A stretch of 64,000 nt of DNA from Eledone cirrhosa (taxonomy: Eukaryota): contig OZ024752.1 of the NCBI GenBank assembly GCA_964016885.1, positions 12,338,001-12,402,000 on the forward strand, written 5' to 3'. The stretch's first letter is position 1, and each line of letters starts with the position of its first letter. Below, one piece after another: positions 39,601-54,000 of this stretch. The notes beneath the pieces were generated by a model. It had not been told where the DNA came from. It saw only the letters and a list, made by a program, of their open reading frames with translations, and did no database searches. The position numbers were made by a program, and so were the translations under genes.

Positions 39601-42600
39601 AGTGGACTGAGTGCATTTTATCATGGCAACAATACTAGAGAGATGGTCACATGCTAGGTCAGACTGAAGGGTCCTCTTATGCCCTACATTGTTGGTGTTT
39701 GATTGCTAAACACTGTAGCCTCTGGTCACTCATGTTAGTGTTGGTACTGGTAGACATGTCTTTTGTATTATGGTATACTGCCAGTTTGGTCCTTCAGTTT
39801 CTCAAAGTCATTCTTTAACTCAGAACATAAACAGATGTGACTAATGCCTATCATGACATGACATGACACTGTTGTCCCCACCACCACCACCACCACTGAC
39901 ACCATCACACCCACCACTACTACCCACTGACACCATCACACCCACCACCACCCTCCCTCACCACTACTACCCACTGACACCATCACACCCACCACCACCC
40001 TCCCTCACCACTACTACCACCACTGACACCATCACACCCACCACCACCCTCCCTCACCACTACTACCACCACTGCTGCCACCCTCCTTCACGACCACCAC
40101 TACCACCCACTGACACCATCACACCCACCACCACTGACACCATCACACCCACCACCACTACCACCACTGACACCATCACTCTCACCACTCCCACCACCAC
40201 CAAACATCAATGATACTCACCTTATCAAAAGCAGCATGAACAGTCACTGGAGCAAGTCTAAAGACGAAAAATGTGAAATGTTTTTTTTTAGTCACATGAT
40301 GGAAAATAAATGTAACCCTTAAATAAATGTAACCCTTTCCTTAGCATAAATCTAATGAAAGACTCCCTATAATTTGGGTGGATTTAATAAAATAACCTTA
40401 TCATTAACTCTTTAGCATTTACATTACTCTCTATGGATTGGCAGTATCGGTAGAGAGTCGGACACGATTGGCAGTATCGGTAGAGAGTCGGACACGATGC
40501 TTTGCAGCATAGAGTTACGGTTCTTTACCGTCTGAGTTCAAATCCCACCGAGGTTAACTTTGCCTTTCATCCTTACGGGGTCGATAAAATAAAGTACCAG
40601 TAATGCACTGGGTAATTGCTGGCCTTGTGCCAAAAGTAGAAACAATTATATTTCCATGGTAAACACTTTACCTCACATAATTATCTCGCATAATATCGAA
40701 TCTATGAGAACAATATTATTATCTATTTTGATAATACCTTAACATTAGTATGAGCGGCCAGTTACAGCTGGTTTGAACAGAATGAGGTGAGAGAATTATG
40801 TCCGGATACGGCTGTTTTATATGCTAAAGGGTTAAGCTGGTGGATTGGCAGTATTGGTGGAGCATGGGACATCATTTCCAGCATATAGTTACAGCCCTTT
40901 ACATTGTGAGTTCTAATCCCACTGAGATTAGCTATGCTTTCAGCCCTACAGGGTTGACAAAATAAAGCACCAGTAATACACTGAGGGAATTTAATCGACT
41001 TTCTCCTTCCCCAAAAATTATTGTTCTTGTGCCTAGATCAGAAAACATATTAAGCTGGTGTTTGTGAAATAGTTTAACTAAGCTTCTTCCATAAAACAAA
41101 GATGGCAACACCTTCCTCAACCTTCTACCCCCCCTCATTCACCTCTCTTAGCAGTAATCATTCCTCCCTTACTACCCTGTCCACATTTTTCCCCCAAGCC
41201 CCTCCACCCTCCCAAGACAAAGGTGCCCAGTCCACACTGTAAAGTGATCGTGTAGGTGTCACGACAAAAAGTACCCAGCATACACTGTAAAGTGGATGTG
41301 TAAAAGACATGGCAAAAAGTACCCAGCATACACTGTCAATGTGGTTGGCGTTAGGAAGGGCTTCCAGCCATAGAAAACCAGCCAGAAACTCTCCTATATG
41401 AGCGAGACATGGTCACTCGTCCCAACTTGCCTCTAAATGGGACAAACCTGTCTAACCCATGCTAGCATGGAAGATAGACATTAATTGATGATGATAATAA
41501 TGATGATGATAAGCACTTTAACCCTTTAGCATTTACAGTACTCTATATATACTACTGTGTTTTCATGGTAAAGACCTTATCTCACAAAATGTTGAATCTA
41601 TGGGTTTTGGTCCTTTAGCCATGTCTACAGTGTTACAAGCGTTCGATCTAGGTTTCCAGGTTGAGGATACCTTTTGGAAGAGATGTACATATCTCTCTTG
41701 TATACTGGATAACCATGGCATTATGTCAATGGGAATTGGTACATACATCCGGTGGTCTTCTGCAAGGATTCCCCTGCTACCAAATCTTATTCACAAAGCA
41801 TTTGTGGGCAATTAGAAGTCATAAGAGGTACCAACTTAACCCTTTAGCATTTACATTACTCTATATTTACTATTGTATTTTCATGGTAAACACTTTACCT
41901 CACATAATTATCTCACATAATATCGAATCTATGAGATTTTGATATTTATTTTGAGAAGAATACCTTAACGTCAGTATGAGTGGCCAGTTACAGCCGGTTT
42001 GAACAGAAAGAGGTGAGAGAATTCTGGCCGGATAAAAAGAAACTTTTTACCTCTTAAACTCATATCAATTTTAGATTTAGCCTAACAGCTAATGTTTACA
42101 ACAGCAATTGTCATCATATTTATTCAAATTTGACATTGTCTAATCATCATCATCATTTTACGTCCGCTTTTCCCTGCTTGCAAGGGTGGGATGGGAATTG
42201 ATTTCTACAGCTGGATGCCCTTCCTAACACCAACCTCATTTACAGTGAGTGCTGGGTGCTTTTTTTTCCATGGCGCCTACATGTCCACTTTACAGTGCGG
42301 GCTGGGTGCTTTTTTGCCGTGGCACCTCCACGACCACTTTTCAGTGGAATGATAGCGAATCCAGTTCTATCATCTCATTTCTACAGCTGAGTAAACTGGA
42401 GCAATGTGAAATAAAGTGTCTTGCTCAAGGAAACAACACATCTAATGTAAACATTAACTGTTAGGCTAAATCTGAAACTGATATAAGTTTAAGAGGTAAA
42501 AAGTTTCTTATATTCTCTTTTTATTAATTCTGATGAATCCAATCTTTTGTTCATATAATTAAGTATTTACATGCCTGCTAAGGTGTGGAAGAAACATGCG

Positions 42601-42836
42601 TTAATTTATGAAAATGTAATAGAATTAACTGTTTTGGTCTTATTTATCTTTGGAATGTTTGGTTGTCACTGCTCTGTCCAGCTTGTTTGACTGCCAGTAT
42701 ATCAAAAGAAACCTGCATCTCCTATACATTTTATCTGACGAGAACATGTTTTGGATTATGTCATACATAAGCCTTGCATCTTCGAAATATATATAATAAA
42801 ATAAATAGAGATGATCTAAAGTAACTATCTTTTGTT

Positions 42837-42871
<35 letters not shown>

Positions 42872-43648
42872 AATCTCACCCTCTTCTTTTGAAGGGGGGA
42901 TGGCCAGAAAATCTCACCCTCTTCTTTTAAGGGGGGGATGGCCAGAAAATCTCACCCTCTTCATTTGAGGGGTAGATGGCAATGTCCAGCAAATCTCACC
43001 CTCTTCATTTGCATAATATCAGAAATATGAGGAGTACCATCGTATATTTCTTTAACCCTCTAGCATTCAAACCAGCTATATCTGGCCAGAATTCTCTCAC
43101 CTCTTTCTGTTTAAACCAGCTATAACCGGCTGCTCATACTTATGTTAAGGTATTGTTCTTAAAATAGATAATTGTTTCTACTTTTGGCACAAGGCCAGCA
43201 ATTTCCCTGGTGCATTACTGGTACTTTATTTTATCGACCCCGTAAGGATGGAAGGCAAAGTTAACCTCGGCGGGATTTGAACTCAGAACATAAAGGGCCA
43301 TAACTCTATACTGCAAAGCATGGCGTCTGACGCTCTACCGATACTGCCAATCAAAATCTCATAGATTCAATATTATGTGAAGTAAAGCCTTTACCATGAA
43401 AATACAATAGTATATTGTTGGTGTTAGGAAGGGCATCCAGCCGTAGAAAACCTACCAGATAGTCAGTCCTATACGAGCAAGACATGATCACCCGACCAAT
43501 CTTGCCTCAAATGGGACAAATTCCCATCTAACCCATGCTAGCGTGGAAGATAGATGTTAAATGATGATGATGATATATAGAGTAATGTAAATACTAAAGA
43601 GTTAAGAGTCTCGTGTTACCTCCAGGTTATGTTTTGAGCTCAATGAAG

Positions 43649-43682
<34 letters not shown>

Positions 43683-45621
43683 TAATCTATAAAGCTCAGT
43701 GTGTGGTCATGCTCCTTTCTTATAGAAATCTACTATATAGAATTTCTTCAATTGAAATTTACAATTCAGTATTCGAAATAGTTTCGATTGCGTCTTGACA
43801 CATCTCATTTTTCAATTTCACCCACAATTACGCAAAAAATAGGTAAAACTCAATATTTTACGATTTTTCTCTGTCATTTAAACTGCTAAACTCTTTCCAC
43901 TACCATTCAAAATCTATACAACTTCATACTTTCTGCTACTTTTTCTTTCCAAGCTTGATGGTGATACTGTCCATTTTACTCTGTCATATCATCTGCTTAC
44001 CTCTATCTACAACCCACACAATTTGCTACTTTCTCTTTTATACTTCAAATTATTACATTTCATACGAAACGACAATTATTCAAAAGCAACAGATACATTT
44101 ATTCAACAACAAGCGATAAATCTTTTTTAAAACTTCTTTTCCAAACGCATACAAACACACACTCACTTCAACAACAACAACAATCTGCCTTTTATAGATA
44201 ATGATAAACAATAATATCCTCTATGAGGTCACTAAACCTGCTAGAAACAGCAGCTAACTCTCCCCCATACCACACCCCTCCCTACTGTCTTAAATTTAGA
44301 AAACATATCTTCTATGAGGTCACTAAACCTGCTAGAAACAGCAGCTAACTCTCCCCCATATCACACCACTCCCTACTGTCTTAAATTTAGAAAACATATC
44401 TTCTATGAGGTCACTAAACCTGCTAGAAACAGCAGCTAACTCTCCTCCATATCACACCACTCCCTACTGTCTTAAATTTAGAAAACACATATCCTCTATG
44501 AGGTCACTAAACCTGCTAGAAACAACAGCTAACTCTCCCTCATATCACAACCCTCCCTACTGTCTAATATTTAGAAAACACACAGACAACCATGCAGAAC
44601 AACTCCATCGCAGCTCTGTTGTTTGGCTGGCATCGTCTACGCGCGTGTTGCGCAAGTGCTGTGAAACAATAAATTTCAACACTTTTTTGCACAGAGATAA
44701 TATCCATAGGCGAAACTACAATTGTCACTGCTGGCGCAGCTCATGCTTCCAGGTCTGCAATTCATTCACCCAGTGCCTGGCAGACAAAAAAGTGCTGCCA
44801 TAAAATGGGTGGTGCAACCTAACTTTGGTAACTTAATGACCCCGAGCAACGCCGGGCTTTAATGCTAGTACACAATAAATGTAATCTGAGTTTTTCAAAT
44901 ATTAATAATAACATTTGATTCATTTGCAATTATGCAAACAAGCCTCATTTTTAAAGCCATGTCAGTAGAATGAACCCTTCATTCTTGCTCTTCATACCAA
45001 CACAAGAGCAAGAATGAAGGGTTCATTCTACTAACATGGCTTTAAAAATGAGGCTTGTTTGCATAATTGCAAACGAATCGAATGTTATTAATATTTGAAA
45101 AACTCAGATTACATTTATTGTATTCAGCCATGTAGAGTGAAATTTATATATATATATATAGACAGTCCTATGCGAGCATGACAATCACTCTTGCCTCAAG
45201 TGGGACTACCCCCGTCCAAACCCATGCAAGCGTGGAACACGGACGTTAAACGTTGATGATGATGATGATGATGATGATATATCATCATCATCATCGTTTA
45301 ACCTCTATTATCTTCCACGCTAACATGGGTTTAGACGGGAGTTGTCTCACTTGAGGCAAGATTGGTTGTCTTGTTTGTATAGGACTGTCTGGCAGGTTTT
45401 CTACGGCTGGATGCCCTTCCTAACACCAACCACATTTACAGTGTGGACTGAGAGGTTTTTACCGTGTTACCTACACGACCACATTACAGCGTGGACTGTG
45501 TGTTTTTTTTTTTCTGTGACACCTACACGACCTCATTTATTTAAGACTGGATGTTGTGGTACCAACATAACTTTACAGAGAAAGGGGTGGTGTTGGTGGA
45601 GGGTGGGGGTAGTGGGAAGGG

Positions 45622-45684
<63 letters not shown>

Positions 45685-46130
45685 AATTCAGCGAGAATTG
45701 CATTTCGGCGGGTAGAAAAAGCGAAAATTAAAGCAAATTCAGAGTCATGCTGGCAAGCGCTCCATAGTTTAAAAAACCAGAGCTATAAACATGTTATAAA
45801 TGCCATACAAACTGAGAAGGCGGTCAAGAAGGGATTAACCACCTAAGCCAAAAAGCAAGTCAAGCTAAAGAGGTCAGACAAAATAAATGACAAAATCATA
45901 CCCACGCTGTAATGTGGCTGTGTAGGTAACACGGTAAAAAGTACCCACTTCCACACTGTAAATGTGGTTGGTGTTAGGAAGGGCATCCAGCCAAAGAAAG
46001 CCTGCCAGATAGTCCTATACGAGAGAGACACGGTCACCCGACCAACCTTGCCTCAAGTTGGCACAACTCCCGTCTAACCCATGCTAGCGTGGAAGATGGA
46101 CTTTAAACGATGATGATGATGATGATGATG

Positions 46131-46172
<42 letters not shown>

Positions 46173-49100
46173 TCTAAAAAACACACCCCCGTCCCACCAC
46201 CCCCACCCCATCCACACCACCCTTTCAATGTAAAGTTATGTTGGTGCCACAACATCCAGGCCGAAACAAATGAGATCGTGTAGGTGTCACGACAAAAAAC
46301 ACACAGTTCACGCTGTAATGTGGCCGTGTAGGCAACACGGTAAAAACCTCCCAGTCCCACACTGTAAATGTGGTTGGTGTTAGGAAGGGCATCCAGCTGT
46401 AGAAAACCCGCCAGACAGTCCTATGCGAGCAAGACAACCACTCTTGCCTCAAGTGGGAAAACTCCCATCCAAACCCATGCAAGCGTGGAACACGGACGTT
46501 AAACGTTGATGATGATGATGATGATGATGATATATGCTCCATTGAGGCACTTTTGTTGTTTGATAGTAAGTGTTCATGCTTCATTACCATAAAATAGGAT
46601 TGGTTGTATGATAATTGTTTCTACTTTTGGCTCAGAATACCAATTTGAACTCAGAATGCCATTCCCCCTATGATAATGATACCATTGGTGTGATGTATTT
46701 GCTTTGTAAGGGTTTTGATATGAAACCATGAGTTGAAATAGATATTGTTATATTTGGTGAGGATCATGTTGTCCTAATATTGCCGAAAATAGTCAAACAA
46801 ACTTGTTTGGTTTTCACTTCAGTTTAGTATATTTTTATATTTTTATAAATAATTTAGCTGCCAATCAATGTTTATCATTGATTGCCAGCTAAATTATTTA
46901 TAGACATATTTTAACAAATTTTAATTTTAATTACTCTCGGATCCCGAATAATAGGGCTGGTGTTAATTGGTAATTTTACTAGGTTGTCACCATTGATTTA
47001 AAAAGAAAAACAGAATTAGTCATTTAGTTTACATATTAAGACTGCAACTCATCTCATTTATTTTATAACATATCGGATTTCTAGTAATGTACTCGTTTTG
47101 TCAGGTATTATATAATTGTTTCTACTTTTGGCACAAGGCCAGCAATTATCCCAGTGTATTACTGGTACTTTATTTTATCAACCCCGTAAGGATGAAAGGT
47201 AAAGTTAACCTCGGCAGGATTTGAACTCAGACCATAAAGGGACGTAACTCTATGCTGCAAAGCATGGCGTCCGACCCTCTACCGATACTGCCAGTCCACT
47301 ACCCTATATGTAATATATAATGTTGTCTAATGTCTAAAGAAAATTGTTGCAGGAATGTTACCACTTAAAATAAAATTTTGGTAGAGATAAATTAGCAAAT
47401 TTAATAAGGAGCAGAGGGTGGGTGTGGGTGAAATAAGAGCAGGGAGGGGGTATGGAAAAAATCTGAAAAATGAATAAGTAAGGATGGTCGATTATTTAAG
47501 ACCTGAGAGTACTTAGAATAAAAATGAAATAATAATAAAAATGTTTACTTACATTTCAGGGATAGTTATGCCTTTGCTGTAAGCTCTGTTCCGATAAGCT
47601 AGACAAACTAACATTATACTCTCGGTACCACCAGTTGTGACCTAGGGTAAAATATATAATTTGTAAATAGAAGAAAACCTAGGCTGAACACAAAACATGA
47701 GTGGAATAGCAACAACTATACACAAACACACACTAGTGACCAAAGATAAAATATAAATATATACAGATGTTATAACAACAACTATACACAAACACATACT
47801 AGTGACCAAAGATAGAATATAAATATATAAATATATACAGATGTTATAACAACAACTATACACAAACACATACTAGTGACCAAAGATAGAATATAAATAT
47901 ATAAATATATACAGATGTTATAACAACAACTATACACAAACACACACTAGAGACCAAAGATAGAATATAAATATATAAATATATAAATATATACAGATGT
48001 TATAACAACAACTATACACAAACACACACTAGAGACCAAAGATAGAATATAAATATATAAATATATACAGATGTTATAACAACAACTATACACAAACACA
48101 CACTAGAGACCAAAGATAGAATATAAATATATAAATATATACAGATGTTATAACAACAACTATACACAAACACACACTAGTGACCAAAGATAGAGTATAA
48201 ATATATACAGATGTTATAACAACAACTATACACAAACACACACTAGAGACCAAAGATAGAATATAAATATATAAATATATACAGATGTTATAACAACAAC
48301 TATACACAAACACACACTAGTGACCAAAGATAGAGTATAAATATATACAGATGTTATAACAACAACTATACACAAACACACACTAGAGACCAAAGATAGA
48401 ATATAAATATATACAGATGTTATAACAACAACTATACACAAACACACACTAGTGGCCAAAGATAGAATATAAATATATAAATATATACAGATGTTATAAC
48501 AACAACTATACACAAACACACACTAGTGGCCAAAGATAGAATATAAATATATAAATATATACAGATGTTATAACAACAACTATACACAAACACACACTAG
48601 TGGCCAAAGATAGAATATAAATATATAAATATATACAGATGTTATAACAACAACTATACACAAACACATACTAGTGGCCAAAGATAGAATATAAATATAT
48701 AAATATATACAGATGTTATAACAACAACTATACACAAACACACACTAGTGGCCAAAGATAGAGTATAAATATATAAATATATACAGATGTTATAACAACA
48801 ACTATACACAAACACACACTAGTGGCCAAAGATAGAGTATAAACAAACACACACCAAACAGAATACACGCACAAAAACGCATACGCAAACAAAAAAACGT
48901 TATTGAGACAACCAAAAAAACGTTATTGAAACACAACGGAAGGATAATCACTGATAATCACTGAAGATATCACAGAAATGTGTGATGAAAGAACTTTGAG
49001 AAATTAAAGTGGTAGTGCTGAAGCCACAATAAAATGCACCCAGCCTACACTGTAAAGTAGTAGTGACAGTGCCATGACAAAACGCTCTCAGCCTACTCTG

Positions 49101-51030
49101 TTAAGTGGTAATGCTGGTGTCACAATAACATGTATCTAGTAAATGCAGTGAAGTGGTAATGCTGGTGCACAATAAAATGCACTCAGCTCTCCTTTTGCCA
49201 TGATACAATGCTCTCATCCCACACTGAAATGTGGTAGTGCTGGCACCACAATAAAATGCAACCAGTACATGCCACAAAGTGGTTGGTGTTAGGGAGGGCA
49301 TCCAGCTGTAGAAGCTATGCCAGAAGGGAACATCTAACACATGTTAGCATAGAAAACAGACATAATACGGTGATGATATTCCATGGTGGTGTAGTGATGG
49401 TGATGTTGGTGATGATGATATTCCATGGTGGTGTAGTGATGGTGATGTTGGTGATGATGATATTCCATGGTGGTGTAGTGATGGTGATGTTGGTGATGAT
49501 GATGTTTCATGGTGGTGTAGTGATGGTGATGTTGGTGATGATGATGTTTCATGGTGGTGTAGTGATGGTGATGTTGGTGATGATGATGTTTCATGGTGGT
49601 GTAGTGATGGTGATGTTGGTGATGATGATGTTTCATGGTGGTGTAGTGATGGTGATGTTGGTGATGATGATGTTTCATGGTGGTGTAGTGATGGTGATGT
49701 TGGTGATGATGATATTCCATGGTGGTGTAGTGATGGTGATGTTGGTGATGATGATGTTTCATGGTGGTGTAGTGATGATGATGGCGAGTTTCCATGGTGG
49801 TGTAGTGATGATGATGATATTTCATGGTAGTGTAGTGTATTGATGGTGATAGTGATGATGATGACATTCCATGGTGTGGTGATGGTGATGATGATGATAT
49901 TTCATGGTAGTGTAGTGTAGTGATGGTGATGATGATGACATTCTATGGTGGTGTGGTGATGGTGATGATGATGATGATGACATTCCACGGTAGTGTAGTG
50001 ATGGTGAGTTTCCATGGTGGTGTACTGATGGTGATGATGATGACATTCCATGGTAGTGTAGTGATGATGATGATGATGATGATGATGACATTCCATGGTG
50101 GTGTACTGATGATGATGATGATGATGATGATGACATTCCATGGTGGTGTAGTGATGATGATGACATTCCATGTGGTGTAGTGATGGTGATGACATTCCAT
50201 GGTAGTGTAGTGTAGTGATGGTGATGATGATGACATTTCATGGTGGAAATCACACAAAGATTCATGCGAGAAATGAAATAGAACTTACAATGCCACAACT
50301 TGTTGAAGTCCCATTGAATAGATTACATGTCATGCGGACAACTTCAGCTTCCATCTTACGGATGTCAGGAAATACTTCTGGGTGTAATGGGTTGCTGAAG
50401 GCAAATATTTCATAAACCTGAAGTATAAAAATACAGATTGATATAGACTACTAACTAGACCACCCCTCACCCAATGGGTCAGGTTCACTTAAAAATAATT
50501 TTTAGAAATCACGTTCACTTAAAAATATTTTTAGAAATCATGTTCACTTAAAAATATTTTTAGAAATCATGTTCACTTAAAAATATTTTTTAGAAATCAT
50601 GTTCACTTAAAAATATTTTTTAGAAATCATGTTCACTTAAAAATATTTTTTAGAAATCATGTTCACTTAAAAATATTTTTTAGAAATCATGTTCACTTAA
50701 AAATATTTTTTAGAAATCATGTTCACTTAAAAATATTTTTTAGAAATCATGTTCACTTAAAAATATTTTTTAGAAATCATGTTCACTTAAAAATATTTTT
50801 TAGAAATCATGTTCACTTAAAAATATTTTTTAGAAATCATGTTCACTTAAAAATATTTTTTAAATAATTAAAATATACACAGATATGTGTAGCGGAACTA
50901 TTTCACACCTCGCAACAACAATGTATTCATAACCGATCTAAAATGATCTACACATGTATATAATGTGAAATGAAACTGGAAGGCCCATATATATATGTGT
51001 GTGTGTATGTATATATATAAATGTGTGTGT

Positions 51031-51061
<31 letters not shown>

Positions 51062-54000
51062 CACTGGAGACTGCGGTGGTATGGACATGTGATACGCATG
51101 GAGGATGACCGATGGGTGAAGAAGTGCCAGGAAATGCCAGTTGAAGGAAGACTTGGTAGAGGTAGACCACGAAAAGCATGGGGGCGGAGGTGGTGAGAAC
51201 AGACCTCAGATCGCTGAAGCTCACGGTGGAGATGACGAAGGACCGTGACAAGTGGAGAGATGCTGTGCTGAATAAGACCCGTCCCACCCTTGCAAGCAGA
51301 GGAAAAGTGGACGTAAAATGATGATGATGATGATGATGCACATTTATGTGTGTATATATATATGTGGGTGTCTGTGATCTATATATATTGGTCACTTTAC
51401 CGGGCGAAACTTAACAAGGAGATCCCTCCCAGGGATAGACCCTGAGCAAGATGGTTGGATAACATCCGTGAGCTTGGCTGTTGTTTGTTCAGTCGATGGT
51501 CGGTGTGACCATCAGTTATTAATGAGTGGTAAAGATCATCAATAAGATTAGACAGAAATTGTGTCGAGGCTCATTAGATGAACTGTACCTGTTCTTGGGG
51601 CGTCGTTTTTAGCAGATATATTTGGCTGTTTGTTCAGTTGATGTGACTATTAGTTGTTAATGTTGTGGTAGAAGTCATCATCATCATCAACGTTTAACGT
51701 CCATGTTCCACGCTTGCATGGGTTTGGACGGGGGTTTTCCCACTTGAGACAAGAGTGATTGTCTTGCTCGCATAGGACTGTCTGGCAGGTTTTCTACAGT
51801 TGGATGCCCTTCCTAACACCAACCACATTTACAGTGTGGGTCTGGGAGGTATTTACCGTGTTGCCTACACGGCCACATTTACAGCGTGGACTGTGTGTTT
51901 TTTTGTCGTGACACCTACACGATCTCATTTGTTTCGGCCTGGATGGTGTGGCACCAACATAACTTTACATAGAAGGGGGCGGTGTGGATGGGGTGGTGGT
52001 GGTGGGACGGGGGGTGTATTTTGTTAGAGATGCCTACTGACTGTAGTAGGTTTTACTTTGTATTTAGGTAAGGCGGGTCTTCTCTATTACTGAGTACCGC
52101 CAAAGGTCTCGGTCCAGTGACATTGTCTTGGTGAGGTGTAAGTGTGTGAGGTCGGAGTTTATCAGCTCGTCCCAGGTTTTTCTGGGTCTGCCTATTCCGT
52201 GGCTACCGTCTATCTTTATTGCCCTGCACTTTGTTATACAGCTATCGTCCTTCATGCGCATCACGTGACCATACCAACGTAGCCATCAATGTTGGTAATG
52301 TGAGATTTATGTGGAGAAAATGATTCACCCAAAGCATTGAAACAGATCAACAAAGAAACAAAAATTGCTAACTTAGATGTTTATTTTTTGCCCTGGAATT
52401 CAATGAAACCATGTAACAAACTAAAGTACAAACAAGAATGTGCAACAGCTTGAAATAAAAATAAATGTATTTTTGTTAACTCATTGTTGATGTACATGTA
52501 TTTAGATGTAGAGAATGTATGAATGTGGAGATGTAGCTTTCATCCTCATCGTCGTTTAACATCTTCCATGCTATCATAAGTAGGACAGGCTGTCCCTATG
52601 TGAGGGATCAGGCCGGGAGACTGTGATTCGCTCACACACAACTGATTTTGGCTTGGTTTCTTCGGCTGGATGCGCTTCCTAACACCAACCACATTTACAG
52701 TGTGCTGGGTGCTTTTTGTCATGATACCTACACAACCTCTTTACAGTGTAGGCTGGGTGCTTTTTGTTGAGACACCTACATGACCACTTTACAGTGTAGG
52801 CTGGGTGCTTTTTGTTGTGACACCTACATGACCACTTTACAGTGTAGGCTGGGTGCTTTTTGTTGTGACACCTACATGACCACTTTACAGTGTAGGCTGG
52901 GTGCTTTTTGTCTTGACACCTACATGACCACTTTACAGTGTAGGCTGGGTGCTTTTTGTCGTGACACCTACATGACCACTTTACAGTGTAGGCTGAATGC
53001 TTTTTGTTGTGACACCTACATGACCACTTTACAGTGTAGGCTGGGTGCTTTTTGTCTTGACACCTACATGACCACTTTACAGTGTAGGCTGGGTGCTTTT
53101 TGTTGTGACACCTACATGACCACTTTACAGTGTAGGCTGGGTGCTTTTTGTCGTGACACCTACATGACCACTTTACAGTGTAGGCTGGGTGCTTTTTGTC
53201 GTGACACCTACATGACTACTTTACAGTGTAGGCTGGGTGCTTTTTGTCTTGACACCTACATGACCACTTTACAGTGTAGGCTGGGTGCTTTTTGTCGTGA
53301 CACCTACATGACCACTTTACAGTGTAGGCTGAATGCTTTTTGTTGTGACACCTACATGACTACTTTACAGTGTAGGCTGGGTGCTTTTTGTTGTGACACC
53401 TACATGACCACTTTACAGTGTAGGCTGGGTGCTTTTTGTCTTGACACCTACATGACCACTTTACAGTGTAGGCTGGGTGCTTTTTGTCGTGACACCTACA
53501 TGACCACTTTACAGTGTAGGCTGAATGCTTTTTGTTGTGACACCTACATGACTACTTTACAGTGTAGGCTGGGTGCTTTTTGTTGAGACACCTACATGAC
53601 CACTTTACAGTGTAGGCTGAATGCTTTTTGTTGTGACACCTACATGACTACTTTACAGTGTAGGCTGGGTGCTTTTTGTTGTGACACCTACATGACCACT
53701 TTACAGTGTAGGCTGAATGCTTTTTGTTGAGACACCTACATGACTACTTTACAGTGTAGGCTGGGTGCTTTTTGTTGAGACACCTACATGACCACTTTAC
53801 AGTGTAGGCTGAATGCTTTTTGTTGAGACACCTACATGACCACTTTACAGTGTAGGCTGGGTGCTTTTTGTTGTGACACCTACATGACCACTTTGCAGTG
53901 TAGGCTGAATGCTTTTTGTTGAGACACCTACATGACCACTTTACAGTGTAGGCTGAATGCTTTTTGTTGAGACACCTACATGACCACTTTGCAGTGTAGG

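Noticed and set aside
49256-50298. His-rich / Met-Val-rich ORFs
   Set aside because: (GAT)n-based minisatellite within an SGPL1 intron.
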